Source: Promethearchaeati archaeon
GTDB taxonomy: Archaea; Asgardarchaeota; Heimdallarchaeia; Heimdallarchaeales; Heimdallarchaeaceae
Assembly (NCBI GenBank): GCA_013166775.1
Contig: JABLTJ010000029.1
Span: 1-46,139, forward strand
Direction: 5' to 3'
Length of the DNA stretch: 46,139 nt
Positions within the stretch are counted from its first letter, which is position 1. Every line of letters starts with the position of its first letter. Of the stretch, positions 18,376-28,448 are shown piece by piece. The position numbers and the translations under genes were made by a program. Below the pieces are notes generated by a model. It had not been told where the DNA came from, searched no databases, and saw only the letters and a program-made list of their open reading frames with translations.

Positions 18376-18795
18376 TTGAGTGAAATTGATTACACCAAAG
18401 TAGGAGAACTAGCTCCAAATGTAAAAGAAGTAAACCTAGTCGCTAAAGTAGTTGAATTAGGTGAAATTAGAGAAGTTACAAACCGCCAAACAGGTGAAGA
18501 ACACAAAGTAATGGACGTCCTGATTGGTGATGAAACAGGAACAGTTTATTTTTCAGCATGGAATGAACATATCGACAGTGTACAAGAAAACGAAACTTAT
18601 CAATTCAAAAATGCTAAGACAATTCTATTCAGAAGAAACATCAGACTATCTCTTGGCAGAAGTGGCCAAATAGAAGGTGTAAAAGAAAAGATAGACAAAG
18701 TAGAAACCGAGAATAATGTTTCCTCAAAAGAATATGAAGATACTAGAAGATATAAGAGAAGAGGTTCATACCAACAAAGAAGAGATGATTTCTAG
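18376..18795 (+). CDS. ssb: Single-OB-fold single-stranded DNA-binding protein (archaeal SSB/RPA-like)
   Basis: KVGELAP..VNLVAKV, IGDETG.V.F.AW and L.LGR.G motifs; basic Arg-rich C-terminal tail; TTG start. Confidence 0.85.
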   Translation: MSEIDYTKVGELAPNVKEVNLVAKVVELGEIREVTNRQTGEEHKVMDVLIGDETGTVYFSAWNEHIDSVQENETYQFKNAKTILFRRNIRLSLGRSGQIEGVKEKIDKVETENNVSSKEYEDTRRYKRRGSYQQRRDDF

Positions 18796-18850
18796 CTTTT
18801 AAAGAATTATCTCCTTTTTTTTGATTTTTACTATCGATTCAATAATAGAT

Positions 18851-19753
18851 TTATAACTGAGTTTTTAATAATTCGAAAAATTGATTTTTGAAGTTTTCAT
18901 GAGTTTCTATATTTATTGACTTCATATTTTCCCAGCTATTTATCTTTTTGATGACAAATTCTTCAATTTCGCTTCTGTTTTCGAACAAAAAGTAATATTC
19001 TCTTGGGAAGAATACAAGTAATAAACAAGGTTGTTTTCCTCCAAATCTGTAATCAGCTTGATCATCCTTTAGCTGAAATACGAAAGTTTCCATCAAAAAG
19101 TCAGTTTTATCCAGAACTGGGAAAGGTCCAAACAATCCCATTTGATTCTCAAATCCTTGCATAACTCCACTGAAAATGTAAACAGTTACCTTTGTAATCA
19201 ATTCATTTAGATGATCTTTCTTAGCAAAATCAAGCTGATCTGTGGTGATTACTTCTCCACCTAAATAACCATATTTGACGAATGAAATTTGAACAGATTC
19301 TAAGATTTCATCTGATGACTTAGATGATAAAATTCTTGTTTTATCTGTAAGTTTTACATCTCGAATAATCTCTATATATTTCTCTAATTCTTCGTTTTCG
19401 TCTAAGACTGGAATGAATTGAATTTCTAAGAATAAATTGTCTCCATTCTCACTTATAGTTTTTCGAAAGATGTTATGTCTCTGTTTGTCAGAAAAACCTA
19501 TATTAGCAGGACAATCAGGGCATGGTTCATTTTTCCTTTCAGGAATGTAATGCCATCTGTTATAACATTGACGATAAAGAAAAGATCCTACCATCTCTCT
19601 AACTTTCTGGTTTTCATAGATTATTGTTCGATCTGCTTTTTGAACAGATATTCCAAAAGGTAATTCATCTAATATCCATTCAAAATTGCTTTCTTTTTTT
19701 AGAACTTCCCCAAGCTCTACTTCAGATTCCCCGTTAACATTATCTCCTGTCAT
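18851..19753 (-). CDS. PAS-domain sensor protein with an uncharacterised C-terminal domain
   Basis: ILDELPFGISV...IIYEN, CY......PCPDCP and EI...PV.DE......IEIIRDV are PAS features; no kinase or HTH output domain. Confidence 0.75.
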   Translation of the reverse strand: MTGDNVNGESEVELGEVLKKESNFEWILDELPFGISVQKADRTIIYENQKVREMVGSFLYRQCYNRWHYIPERKNEPCPDCPANIGFSDKQRHNIFRKTISENGDNLFLEIQFIPVLDENEELEKYIEIIRDVKLTDKTRILSSKSSDEILESVQISFVKYGYLGGEVITTDQLDFAKKDHLNELITKVTVYIFSGVMQGFENQMGLFGPFPVLDKTDFLMETFVFQLKDDQADYRFGGKQPCLLLVFFPREYYFLFENRSEIEEFVIKKINSWENMKSINIETHENFKNQFFELLKTQL

Positions 19754-19899
19754 CTGCTCAACAGACTATTAATGAATGCAGTTATAAAAATTAATGTTTA
19801 ACAAAATTAAAACTACAATTCATGAGTTTGATATATATTCTAAAAATTGTAACAAGCAACATAATAAATATGAATTTTCGAAGATATATATGAAAGAAA

Positions 19900-20423
19900 A
19901 TGAGCTACGAAGAACAAATAACAAGCATTAGAATGAACAAAGATGAATTCTTTAAATCCTCGAAACATTCTCCGCTTACACCTCAACAGAGAGACATTTT
20001 TCATAATCTAGATTATTATGAACCAAATAAAGAATTCAAGTTCATCGTTGAACTCAAATTATTCAAACAACATGTAAAAGTGAACATCGTTACATCCAAA
20101 GGAAATGTTCAAGAGTATATAAAACATGGTATGTAGAATTTGAAATTGATTCTCAAAAATATTTGCTAACTGTTTTCAAAGATACTGATTCTGATTACTT
20201 CTTTGTTCCATTTAAAGATAAAACAACTGGCAAAGAGACTTACGATGCTGGTAGATATGTAGAGTTGGAAAAAGCAAATGAGAACGAATATGAACTCGAT
20301 TTTAATACATCATACAATCCATATTGTGCTTATAATGAAAATTGGGTTTGTCCATTAACACCATTCGAAAATACGTTGAGTGTGGAAATACTAGCTGGAG
20401 AAAAAAAATTTACAGAACATTAG
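19900..20423 (+). pseudogene. DUF1684 family protein split by a 1-bp frameshift near 20130 (pseudogene or sequencing error)
   Basis: The first half has R..KD.FFK....SPL...F..L.YY. The second half has FVPFKD.T.G.ETY..GRY and DFN..YNPYCAYN..W.CP.TP.EN. Adding one T (ggt tat gta gaa) joins them as HGYVEFEIDSQKYLL. Confidence 0.85.
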
Positions 20424-20517
20424 TTTCTGGAATCTTCTTCAAATTCAACAGATAATAAAAAACTCTGTTCCTAATCTTTTTTTACAAAATTTTATAAGCT
20501 AAAGAAATACTTCATGT

Positions 20518-22104
20518 TTGAAGAAAATGCCAGAACCTAGAAAAATTGACAAACTTCATTTGAGAGGTTTCTATAGGTGGAAGATACAATTTCCTTTTGC
20601 CATTGTTGTTTTCTTAGGTCTTTTCATCCTAGCTGTTTATCTAAAACATATTCTTGGAGATTGGGTTAATTCAGAAGTAGGAACCGCTTTCTATCACACT
20701 TTCCAAGATAATCAAGGAGTTAGTGTTACTTGGTATTTTGAGAATTATGGTGATGCAGAATACTATTATGAGTCTTATCTAGAAAACTTCCGTTATAATA
20801 GATGGAATCCTTATGCTCCTCCTTTGCCATTTGATAGTGAAGACAAATTAGATTTCTATCTCTATGGACCCTTCTTAGTTTATGGATTTGCTTTTATCTC
20901 TCTCTTTGTGGAATTGTTCAATCCTGGTACTTCTTTAGATTTCCTTATTCCTGCATCTATCAAATGGACTGCAATTGTCTTTGATGCTCTTTCAGTCGCT
21001 ATGATCTATCTAATAATAATAGGTCTGAAAACGTTCAAATCTAAGAGAGCAGTAGCACATTTAGCTGGAATTTCTGGAGCATTAGCTTATATTTTCATGC
21101 CTATGAATCTACTCTACATAGATGCATCATATCTTAATATCCCACAAATGACTTTTTTCACTTTACTAGCTCTTTTTCTTTTCCTTAAAGAGAAATATGT
21201 GTTCTCATCAATTGTATTTTCTATAGCATGGCTATCAAAACAAATGCCATTATTTTCGATCATACCTCTGTTTTTCATATTGGGAAAAAAGACGCATTTC
21301 TCCTTCGCTTTAAAGAGATTTCTTATTCCGTTTATTCTCTCAACATTTATTTTTTCAATTCCATGGATTTTTCTAAATCCATTCAAATATTCTATTAGAA
21401 TTATAGGTGCAGGAAGATCCTTATGGTATGCTACTTTAGCAGAAGAAGGAAATAAACACGGAGTAACTTTAGCTCACAGTTTACTATATGGTAATGCTGA
21501 ATTCTTATCAAGAGTCTATGTATACCTGAATGTAGCAATGATTCCATTTCTGATTTTCTATATTTATTCAATTTTCATTGCTCATTTTAATGGAAAGCAA
21601 ATTGCTGAAAATGAAACAAATTTCTATGTATACAACACTTGGTTGATTGTTCTCACACATACATTTCTCTCAAGAGGAGTATACAAGTATTATGATGCTT
21701 TCTTTAATCCATTTCTAGTGATTTCCTCAATTCTACTTATCAACAGATTAGTAAATCTTATCGAATCAAATATAGGGAACGAGAAGAATATCAGAAGAAA
21801 GAAAGTTTTACATATCTTGTCCAAATTAATTTTTCCACTGATTTTCATTCTATCAATTGCATTTATTTATTCTGTTAATTGGGGTATAATGATTTCTTCA
21901 AGATTCTTACATCCTGTTTGGTTACTTCTTCTATTTCTATTTCTCTCAATCTTACTTCCGACACAATATTACAGAGAACTGATGATGCGTGAGAATTACA
22001 AATATTTCTGGAGAGATATAAAATTGATCTTTTCAATGATTTGGTTTAGGGTGAAGAGTACTATAGTGATGATCTGGCAAAAAATTAGTTTCAGAAAAGA
22101 GTAG
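20518..22104 (+). CDS. GT-C fold membrane glycosyltransferase (GT87/PIG-M/PMT-like)
   Basis: About 12 TM segments, an acidic/aromatic first loop (DAEYYY...YLYGP) and P.NL........P..FF.LL.L......S......A..SKQ.P motif. Confidence 0.65.
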   Translation: MKKMPEPRKIDKLHLRGFYRWKIQFPFAIVVFLGLFILAVYLKHILGDWVNSEVGTAFYHTFQDNQGVSVTWYFENYGDAEYYYESYLENFRYNRWNPYAPPLPFDSEDKLDFYLYGPFLVYGFAFISLFVELFNPGTSLDFLIPASIKWTAIVFDALSVAMIYLIIIGLKTFKSKRAVAHLAGISGALAYIFMPMNLLYIDASYLNIPQMTFFTLLALFLFLKEKYVFSSIVFSIAWLSKQMPLFSIIPLFFILGKKTHFSFALKRFLIPFILSTFIFSIPWIFLNPFKYSIRIIGAGRSLWYATLAEEGNKHGVTLAHSLLYGNAEFLSRVYVYLNVAMIPFLIFYIYSIFIAHFNGKQIAENETNFYVYNTWLIVLTHTFLSRGVYKYYDAFFNPFLVISSILLINRLVNLIESNIGNEKNIRRKKVLHILSKLIFPLIFILSIAFIYSVNWGIMISSRFLHPVWLLLLFLFLSILLPTQYYRELMMRENYKYFWRDIKLIFSMIWFRVKSTIVMIWQKISFRKE

Positions 22105-22117
22105 ACAACGGAATAAT

Positions 22118-22912
22118 CTACTCTTCAATTAGATTTCCTTCTTTATCGAAAAACCTATTCTTCCTTAAGCTTCCTGTCATCATTTTCATAAAGAACTTGA
22201 AGGTACCTGAATATTTTATACTTTTACCTGTGCCTTTGATTAATCTCATTTGAGGAACTATTTTCGCTGCTACCGTTTCAGGTCTTTCAACTACCATGTT
22301 AAAGAATTTTTTTGCTTCTGGAGTTGCATTACGAATGAGAAGATCTGTAAGAACCATTCCTGGATAAAGCAGATGAATACCAATTCCAGTATCTTTTGTT
22401 TCTTTTTTTAGTGATTTTAATAACTGAGGCATTGAGCTTTTAGAAGTTCCATAAGCTGCAAGATTTGGTGATGCCATCCCATTGGAACCCATTCCTGCTA
22501 AATTGAAAATATTACCTTTGCCTTGTTTTGTCATTATTTTGATTGCTTCTCTGCAACCATATAATGTTCCAATTACATTTGTTCTTATTGCATTCTCAAT
22601 AGCTTCATCAGAAATATTCACTAAATGATCATATTCAAAACCAGAAGTTCCTGCGTTATTTACCCAGATATCTATCTCACCTAACTTTTCTAATGAAAAA
22701 TCCATCAATTTCTTGATTTCTTCTGATTTTGTTACATCACACAATTGTCCAAAAACTCTTGCTTCAGAGATATCTTCTTTCAATTTAGTTAGAGCGAGGT
22801 TAATGTTTTCTTCACTTCTTGAACTTATAATCACTGAATCACCGAATTTTAGAAATTCTTTAGCTAGGGCAAATCCTATTCCTTTAGAACTACCCGTTAT
22901 TACTACTTTCAT
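22118..22912 (-). CDS. Short-chain dehydrogenase/reductase (SDR)
   Basis: TGSSKGIG, WVNNAG, YGTSK catalytic motif and PGMV.TDLL. Confidence 0.9.
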   Translation of the reverse strand: MKVVITGSSKGIGFALAKEFLKFGDSVIISSRSEENINLALTKLKEDISEARVFGQLCDVTKSEEIKKLMDFSLEKLGEIDIWVNNAGTSGFEYDHLVNISDEAIENAIRTNVIGTLYGCREAIKIMTKQGKGNIFNLAGMGSNGMASPNLAAYGTSKSSMPQLLKSLKKETKDTGIGIHLLYPGMVLTDLLIRNATPEAKKFFNMVVERPETVAAKIVPQMRLIKGTGKSIKYSGTFKFFMKMMTGSLRKNRFFDKEGNLIEE

Positions 22913-22954
22913 TTAATCATCTTCTGAGAAATTTTGTGTGTTTTAAACATTCGT

Positions 22955-23722
22955 TTACTTGCATCTTTTTTTTGCAATTTTTGCAGCAATTGCTCCTGCA
23001 CTGATTCCTCCATCAATGTTAACTACAGCTAGACCAAGAGCACAACTTTGTAACATACTCATCAAAGCAGCTTGTCCTTTTCCCCCATAACCATAACCTG
23101 TGGATATTGGTAACCCAATTACTGGTATATCAACTAAACCTGCAACAACGGTGGGTAAAGCACCTTCCATTCCTGCTGCAACGATCAATACATCAATATT
23201 TTCTTTCTTAAGTTTTTGAAGTGGTTCAAATAATCGATGAATTCCTGCTACCCCAACATCGTTGAAAATAATAGCTTCACATCCCATCATCTCAGCTATT
23301 GCTTTCGCTTCTTCAGCTACAGGTATATCTGAAGTTCCTGCTGTTATTATTCCAATCTTTCCCTCATCAATTTTTGGTCGAAAATCTTTATGCATTATTC
23401 TGCAGAAGTGTTTGTTTGTTCCATATTCAAGTTTATAATAATCTGCAAGTTTTTGAATCTCTTTAACATGTTCTTCCCTAATACGAGATAGTAATACTAT
23501 TGGTTTTTTTTCCAAGACTTTCTTTGCTATACTATATACAGCTTCAGGTGATTTTGTTTCTGAATAGATAATCTCTGGAATTCCTGTTCTTTCCTCTCTT
23601 AACAAATCATAACGTGCAAAATCGCCAACTAGCTCTATTTGATTACTAGATAATCTCTCTTCGGCTTCTTCTAACGATATTTCTCCGGAAACCAATTTTT
23701 CGAGTATCTCTCTTTTACTCAC
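22955..23722 (-). CDS. larB: Nickel-pincer cofactor biosynthesis carboxylase/hydrolase LarB
   Basis: RTGIPEII, TAGTSDIPVAEEA, DVGVAGIHRL, AGMEGALP, GYG..G.AAL..ML.SC and VVNID.G motifs; probable GTG start at 23722 after GGAGG. Confidence 0.92.
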   Translation of the reverse strand: MSKREILEKLVSGEISLEEAEERLSSNQIELVGDFARYDLLREERTGIPEIIYSETKSPEAVYSIAKKVLEKKPIVLLSRIREEHVKEIQKLADYYKLEYGTNKHFCRIMHKDFRPKIDEGKIGIITAGTSDIPVAEEAKAIAEMMGCEAIIFNDVGVAGIHRLFEPLQKLKKENIDVLIVAAGMEGALPTVVAGLVDIPVIGLPISTGYGYGGKGQAALMSMLQSCALGLAVVNIDGGISAGAIAAKIAKKRCK

Positions 23723-24959
23723 AGTGTTCATCCTCCAGATAATACATTTCAATCAACTTTTTCTCTAACTCGATTAAGGGAAGTTTAGTAATTTTCCTGA
23801 TTTTTATCAGATCTTCATATTCAGGTTTTACACCTAGAATCTTGCTATCTAACATTCTTTCTTTAAATCTACATTCAACTATTTGATTTTCGATAGGGAA
23901 CTTCTTGGAAACAATACTTCTTTCTAATTCATATCGTCCAAATCTATTCTCTCTTACACCCAATGTACCAAGTTCTTTCATCATTAGATATGCAATTTCA
24001 GATGCATCTTGCTCTTCACATATTACTCTTAAACACCAGGATGGTCTGCTCTTTTTCATTATTAGAGGATAGTATGCTACATCCAAAGCACCATTTTCTA
24101 GTAAAATTGGCATGATTCCACCTAGCATCTCTCCAGAAACGTCATCCAAATGAGTTTCCAACATTGAAAGATAGTGCTTTTTTGAATCTTCCTCTAACTC
24201 TATTTGAATTATCTTCATTACATTAGCTCTATCAGGTAAATCTTTAGTTCCTGCTCCATAACCGATTTTCTCTATTTTCAAAGGTGGCAACTGTGTAATC
24301 TGTTTTGTTACAAGGTTTGTTAAAATCGCAGCTCCTGTTGGAGTTACCATTTCACCTTTAATTTCATCACTAAAAGAGATGTAGTTTTTTTCTTCTAAAA
24401 TCCTTAGAACAGCAGGAGGAGGAACTGTTACTTTCCCATGAGTTATGGTTATTAATCCACTTCCTGTATTAACAGGTAATCCCAGAATTGGTGCTCCAAT
24501 GAAATTATTTGCTTCTAATAATAATACTGTTCCAAGAATATCGAAAATCGTATCTAAACTAGCGGTTTCGTGTAAATGTAATTTTTCTTCATCTTTTCCA
24601 TGAACCTTAGATTCTGCAGAAATTAATGTTTGGAAAATATCTTTTGCTAGGTTATTTGCTTCATCTGAAGATTGAAGCTTCTGAAGAATTGCATTAAAAG
24701 CTTCCTTGATCTTTATTACATTATTAAAATCTATATCCTTCTCAATTTCTATTTGTATTTTTCCTGCTTTAATTCCTTTCTTGGTTTGTTTATCGAATTT
24801 GTAATTAAAACTTGTATTTAAATTTGAATTAATGATTTTTACAAGATTATCAAGTGGTTCTTTGTTTTCTACTAAATCTAGTAGTGTGGAGAGAAACATA
24901 TCTCCTGAACAGCCAGCTAACCTTGGATCAATCAGTAGTGCTTGTTTCAGTTTGTTCAC
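23715..24959 (-). CDS. larC: Nickel insertase LarC (single uninterrupted ORF)
   Basis: GCSGDMFL, AE.KVHG...H.HE...LD.I.DI, HG..VP.PA, GEMVTPTGAA, GYGAG, ETHLDD, MKK.RP and KPEYED motifs. Confidence 0.92.
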   Translation of the reverse strand: MNKLKQALLIDPRLAGCSGDMFLSTLLDLVENKEPLDNLVKIINSNLNTSFNYKFDKQTKKGIKAGKIQIEIEKDIDFNNVIKIKEAFNAILQKLQSSDEANNLAKDIFQTLISAESKVHGKDEEKLHLHETASLDTIFDILGTVLLLEANNFIGAPILGLPVNTGSGLITITHGKVTVPPPAVLRILEEKNYISFSDEIKGEMVTPTGAAILTNLVTKQITQLPPLKIEKIGYGAGTKDLPDRANVMKIIQIELEEDSKKHYLSMLETHLDDVSGEMLGGIMPILLENGALDVAYYPLIMKKSRPSWCLRVICEEQDASEIAYLMMKELGTLGVRENRFGRYELERSIVSKKFPIENQIVECRFKERMLDSKILGVKPEYEDLIKIRKITKLPLIELEKKLIEMYYLEDEHCE

Positions 24960-25779
24960 CTCTTCCTTTTTTTGGGATGGAAATATTCATAGATCCCTGC
25001 CGGTACCCTTCTAAATCTAATGCTATATAATCAAAACCTAAGTCCTTTAACTTATTAATAATTTTCTCTAATTTCCCTTTCTCAAAGAAATAATGCATAT
25101 CTTGCATTGAAACTTCAATTCTAGCAACATCTCCATGATCCCGAACTCGTAGATTAAAAACTGGAAATGTTGATTTGATAATACTCTCAGCTATATCAAT
25201 TCGATTTAATTTCTCTTCACTTAGCTTATTTCCATAAGGAATTCTTGTTGCTAAGCAGGTTGTAGCAGGTTTATCCTTAACTTCAAGATTAAGTTTTTTA
25301 GCTATTTTCTTTATCTCTTCTTTTGTGATTTTTAGTTTCAGATAAGGGCTTTGAATCCTTAATTCTTTTAGAGCTTCCAAACCTGGTCTGTAATCAGAAA
25401 GATCAGTAACATTAGAACCTTCAGCAATGAAATCATAATTGTATTTTTTAGTTTCTTCTATTATAGTCTGGAAAATTAACCTCTTACAATAATAGCATCT
25501 TCTTGGATCATTTTCTACTACTTCTGGATGTTCAAGTGGATTAACTCCAAATATCTCATATTTTATTTTTGTTCGAGCTAAATAATTCTCTGCATGTTTA
25601 ATTTCTGCTGCAGGTTGGAGTGTAGATTTAACAATAACAGGTAAAACCTTAGAAGCGCTTTGAAGAGCAATTTCTAGAAGGACTGTACTATCTAAACCTC
25701 CTGAGAAAGCAATTATTACTTTTTTATCTAGGAAATACTTCTCAAGTCTACTAATGATATCTTTGGGCATATCTTTCAA
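24928..25779 (-). CDS. larE: ATP-dependent sulfur transferase LarE
   Basis: AFSGGLDS PP-loop, RCYYCK, D..DYRPG, CLATRIPYG, RVRDHG..ARIE and LDLEGYRQGSMN motifs; alternative ATG start at 25770. Confidence 0.92.
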   Translation of the reverse strand: MKDMPKDIISRLEKYFLDKKVIIAFSGGLDSTVLLEIALQSASKVLPVIVKSTLQPAAEIKHAENYLARTKIKYEIFGVNPLEHPEVVENDPRRCYYCKRLIFQTIIEETKKYNYDFIAEGSNVTDLSDYRPGLEALKELRIQSPYLKLKITKEEIKKIAKKLNLEVKDKPATTCLATRIPYGNKLSEEKLNRIDIAESIIKSTFPVFNLRVRDHGDVARIEVSMQDMHYFFEKGKLEKIINKLKDLGFDYIALDLEGYRQGSMNISIPKKGRGEQTETSTTD

Positions 25780-25901
25780 GCTTGAGATATTAAGGACATT
25801 TTTATCTTCTATGTTGTGACAAGAAAAATCCTAATTCAGAGAGAAATTTGTAATTGAAAAAAATAGATTAAGTGTAAAGTCTAAGTCTTCTTGGTTAAGA
25901 G

Positions 25902-26237
25902 ATGGAAAGCAATCTAATATTGACAAAGATTAAAACAGATTTATTGTTTCTCATTCTTTTAAGTTTCGTAGTAGTTTTTGCATATTTTGCAACTCGAAAT
26001 AAACATGCAATACTAAACTGGGGAATTGGAATTTTCAGTGTTATGACACTAGGCGTTGCTTTTAGTAGATTCCGTCAATCTGGTATTCAATTTAACCAAA
26101 AAGCTAGACTTACTACTTGTTCATCCTTAGATGATTTTGAGGATTGGATTGTTATGATTGTAATGATAATTTTTGTTCCATTGATTCCTTTGGATTTTAT
26201 AGTAAAATCAATCTCCTACATTACATCAAAATGGTGA
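25902..26237 (+). CDS. Small hypothetical membrane protein (3 TM)
   Basis: 111-aa ATG ORF with three hydrophobic segments. Confidence 0.6.
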   Translation: MESNLILTKIKTDLLFLILLSFVVVFAYFATRNKHAILNWGIGIFSVMTLGVAFSRFRQSGIQFNQKARLTTCSSLDDFEDWIVMIVMIIFVPLIPLDFIVKSISYITSKW

Positions 26238-26345
26238 CAAACTGAAAGAAAAAAAACTTTTCATTCTATCGACAAAAATAGATAGGCGCTGTATAATTCT
26301 CAAGTATTACGTGAGGTTATAAAAAGGAGGGACCTTCTAACAACT

Positions 26346-27095
26346 ATGCATATTAATGTAGTAACATACATAAGAGTAAGTACTTCAGACCAAGAAAGTG
26401 GAAGAGATACGCAATCAGATGTTATAACAAAGAAAATCAATACTGTTGGTTATAGACACGTACTTAAACAATTCATAGACGAAGATGTATCGGGAGACAG
26501 TCATGTCGAAGAAAGACCAGGATTTAAAGAATTGCTAAACTTCATTGCAACTCATCTTAAAGAGCATCCAGAAAATCCTGTTAGAGAAGTATGGGTACAA
26601 ACAAGAGATAGGATTTCTAGAGTAGTTGATATGCTAGGATATGCATCTGTAGTTTTGAGAACATTAGGTGTTGAAATTAGAGCTACTGAAGAATCTGATG
26701 AAATGCTTGTAACTAGGATTTATGATCTTCTAGGTGAAGAAGAGCTAAAGAAGTATAGACAGAAGCGCATGTATGGAATAAAAAGAAGAATACAGGATCA
26801 AAAAATAATGTCTAGACCACCTTTGGGATATAAAATAATTGAAGGAAAGCTATTGATTGATGAAGAAATGCGACCAAAGCTTATTGAAATTTTTCAAATG
26901 TTTGAAGATAATGTGACTATGTCAACAATCAGTAACAAATTCGAAATCCCAAGGAGTACACTTGCTTATCTAAGAAAAAATCCAATTTACAGAACCGGAG
27001 AATACTACTGGAAAGGTAAAATGGTTTACAAAGTTGAACCTATTATCAAAGAAGGAGACATCGATATTAGAGATGAAGAGGATTTCTATAGTTAA
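26346..27095 (+). CDS. Serine recombinase (resolvase catalytic domain plus a compact recombinase DNA-binding domain)
   Basis: YIRVST (catalytic Ser), D..VSG.....RPGF, DRISR, PPLGY and NPIY.G motifs; AAGGAGG upstream. Confidence 0.88.
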   Translation: MHINVVTYIRVSTSDQESGRDTQSDVITKKINTVGYRHVLKQFIDEDVSGDSHVEERPGFKELLNFIATHLKEHPENPVREVWVQTRDRISRVVDMLGYASVVLRTLGVEIRATEESDEMLVTRIYDLLGEEELKKYRQKRMYGIKRRIQDQKIMSRPPLGYKIIEGKLLIDEEMRPKLIEIFQMFEDNVTMSTISNKFEIPRSTLAYLRKNPIYRTGEYYWKGKMVYKVEPIIKEGDIDIRDEEDFYS

Positions 27096-27170
27096 ATCCT
27101 CGATCTCTTCCCTCAATCACTTTTGTTTAAATTTATTTTATTTAGATTTACAGATTTTATCTTATCAATG

Positions 27171-28382
27171 TTAAAACCAAACACCAATCCAACATGGAAC
27201 TGTTGGAAATATTAGGTTGTCTAACCATTCATCTGGAGTTTTTCCGCTTTCGAGTTCAGTTAAAGATTTGACAGATGCGACACCAACAATGATTTGAGAT
27301 AGCTGATTAATTGTGAGACCCAATATTTGCTCCTCATCAACATCTTCTTTAGAAATTTTTTGAGCATTGCATTTTCCTGCTTTGATTTTAAAATTCCACA
27401 ATCCTTCATTTTCTGGAATGAAACTATCTTTAATTTCAACTAAAAGACTCTTTTCAACATTTTTCTGAAAAATCATTTTTTCAATTATTTTCTTGAGATT
27501 AATTATTCTAATCATAGCTGGCCAATTTGCGATAGAGTGTATAGTATTGAATTCTTTAAGATAAATTAACATCTCTTCCTCATAAGGGAGAGTTATCTTT
27601 ATCTCACTGATATCACTTTCGAAATTTTTAAGGAATGACAAAATAGATTTCTTTGTCTCAATATCTTCATAAGCCCAATCTACTACTTGAATGTGATTTA
27701 CCCATTGTTTATCTTTAGGTTGTTCAAATTTGAATGAAATAAATCCAACTGGTTGATTTTCCTTCTCGAAAATAAAAATCTTGAATTTGGAAGTTTCTCC
27801 TCTAAGAAACCAAGCATCATGTTTACCAATGATCCTAGTGTTTTTGTTAAGAGCATAACTAGCTATTTTATTTAATGCAGCGTAATCTTCTTTTCCTTTA
27901 GATTCTCTAATTGTAATATTTTCATCCACTTTGATTTCCTTGATATTAGAAGGCTTTATCTTATAAAATACTGGTTTTTCAGCAATTTCGTAACCAAATT
28001 TTTGATAAAATTTATGATTAAAAGGCCACAGGGCAGATACTTCATAACCATCAGTATAACTTTTTTTCAGAATATCTAACATTAGTTTTTTCACACATCC
28101 CTTCTTTCTCTGAATTGGGTGTGTCATTACATTTGCGATTCCAGAACATTTGTATAGTTGATCTCGAATGAAAATCTGAAATTCATAAAAACCAGCAGCT
28201 GCAAGAAGAATATCTTCTTCAAATGTTCCTATGAAGTATAAATCTTTTAGATGATTGAGAAATTTAACATTATCTTCAGCTGAATCTTCATGAAAACATA
28301 ATTCAGCTAATTTAGCTGCTTGTTTTAAATCTTCTTTATCCTTTATTTCCTTAGTAATCATGATATCTTGATGGAATTTCAA
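27171..28382 (-). CDS. Eis-like GNAT acetyltransferase with a C-terminal SCP2-like domain
   Basis: GIANV.T.P..RKKG, SALWPF...FY.KFGYE, M.RII and I.D.F.PEN.G.W motifs; C-terminal W.F. Confidence 0.88.
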   Translation of the reverse strand: MKFHQDIMITKEIKDKEDLKQAAKLAELCFHEDSAEDNVKFLNHLKDLYFIGTFEEDILLAAAGFYEFQIFIRDQLYKCSGIANVMTHPIQRKKGCVKKLMLDILKKSYTDGYEVSALWPFNHKFYQKFGYEIAEKPVFYKIKPSNIKEIKVDENITIRESKGKEDYAALNKIASYALNKNTRIIGKHDAWFLRGETSKFKIFIFEKENQPVGFISFKFEQPKDKQWVNHIQVVDWAYEDIETKKSILSFLKNFESDISEIKITLPYEEEMLIYLKEFNTIHSIANWPAMIRIINLKKIIEKMIFQKNVEKSLLVEIKDSFIPENEGLWNFKIKAGKCNAQKISKEDVDEEQILGLTINQLSQIIVGVASVKSLTELESGKTPDEWLDNLIFPTVPCWIGVWF

Positions 28383-28448
28383 GGCTTTTTTATCAAGTTT
28401 ACTATTTTAGATAAATACAAGAATTACTTTGTTCTGAACTTGATTTTA

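Noticed and set aside
22118-22912. Chlorophyll b reductase (NYC1/NOL-like) call for the SDR
   Set aside because: Resemblance is at subfamily level only and there is no pigment pathway context; kept as a generic SDR.
23715-24959. Programmed frameshift in larC (known in some bacteria)
   Set aside because: Here larC is a single continuous frame.
26346-27095. IS607-family element or prophage integrase
   Set aside because: No tnpB, no N-terminal MerR-like HTH, no phage or cargo genes and no att-like direct repeats seen.
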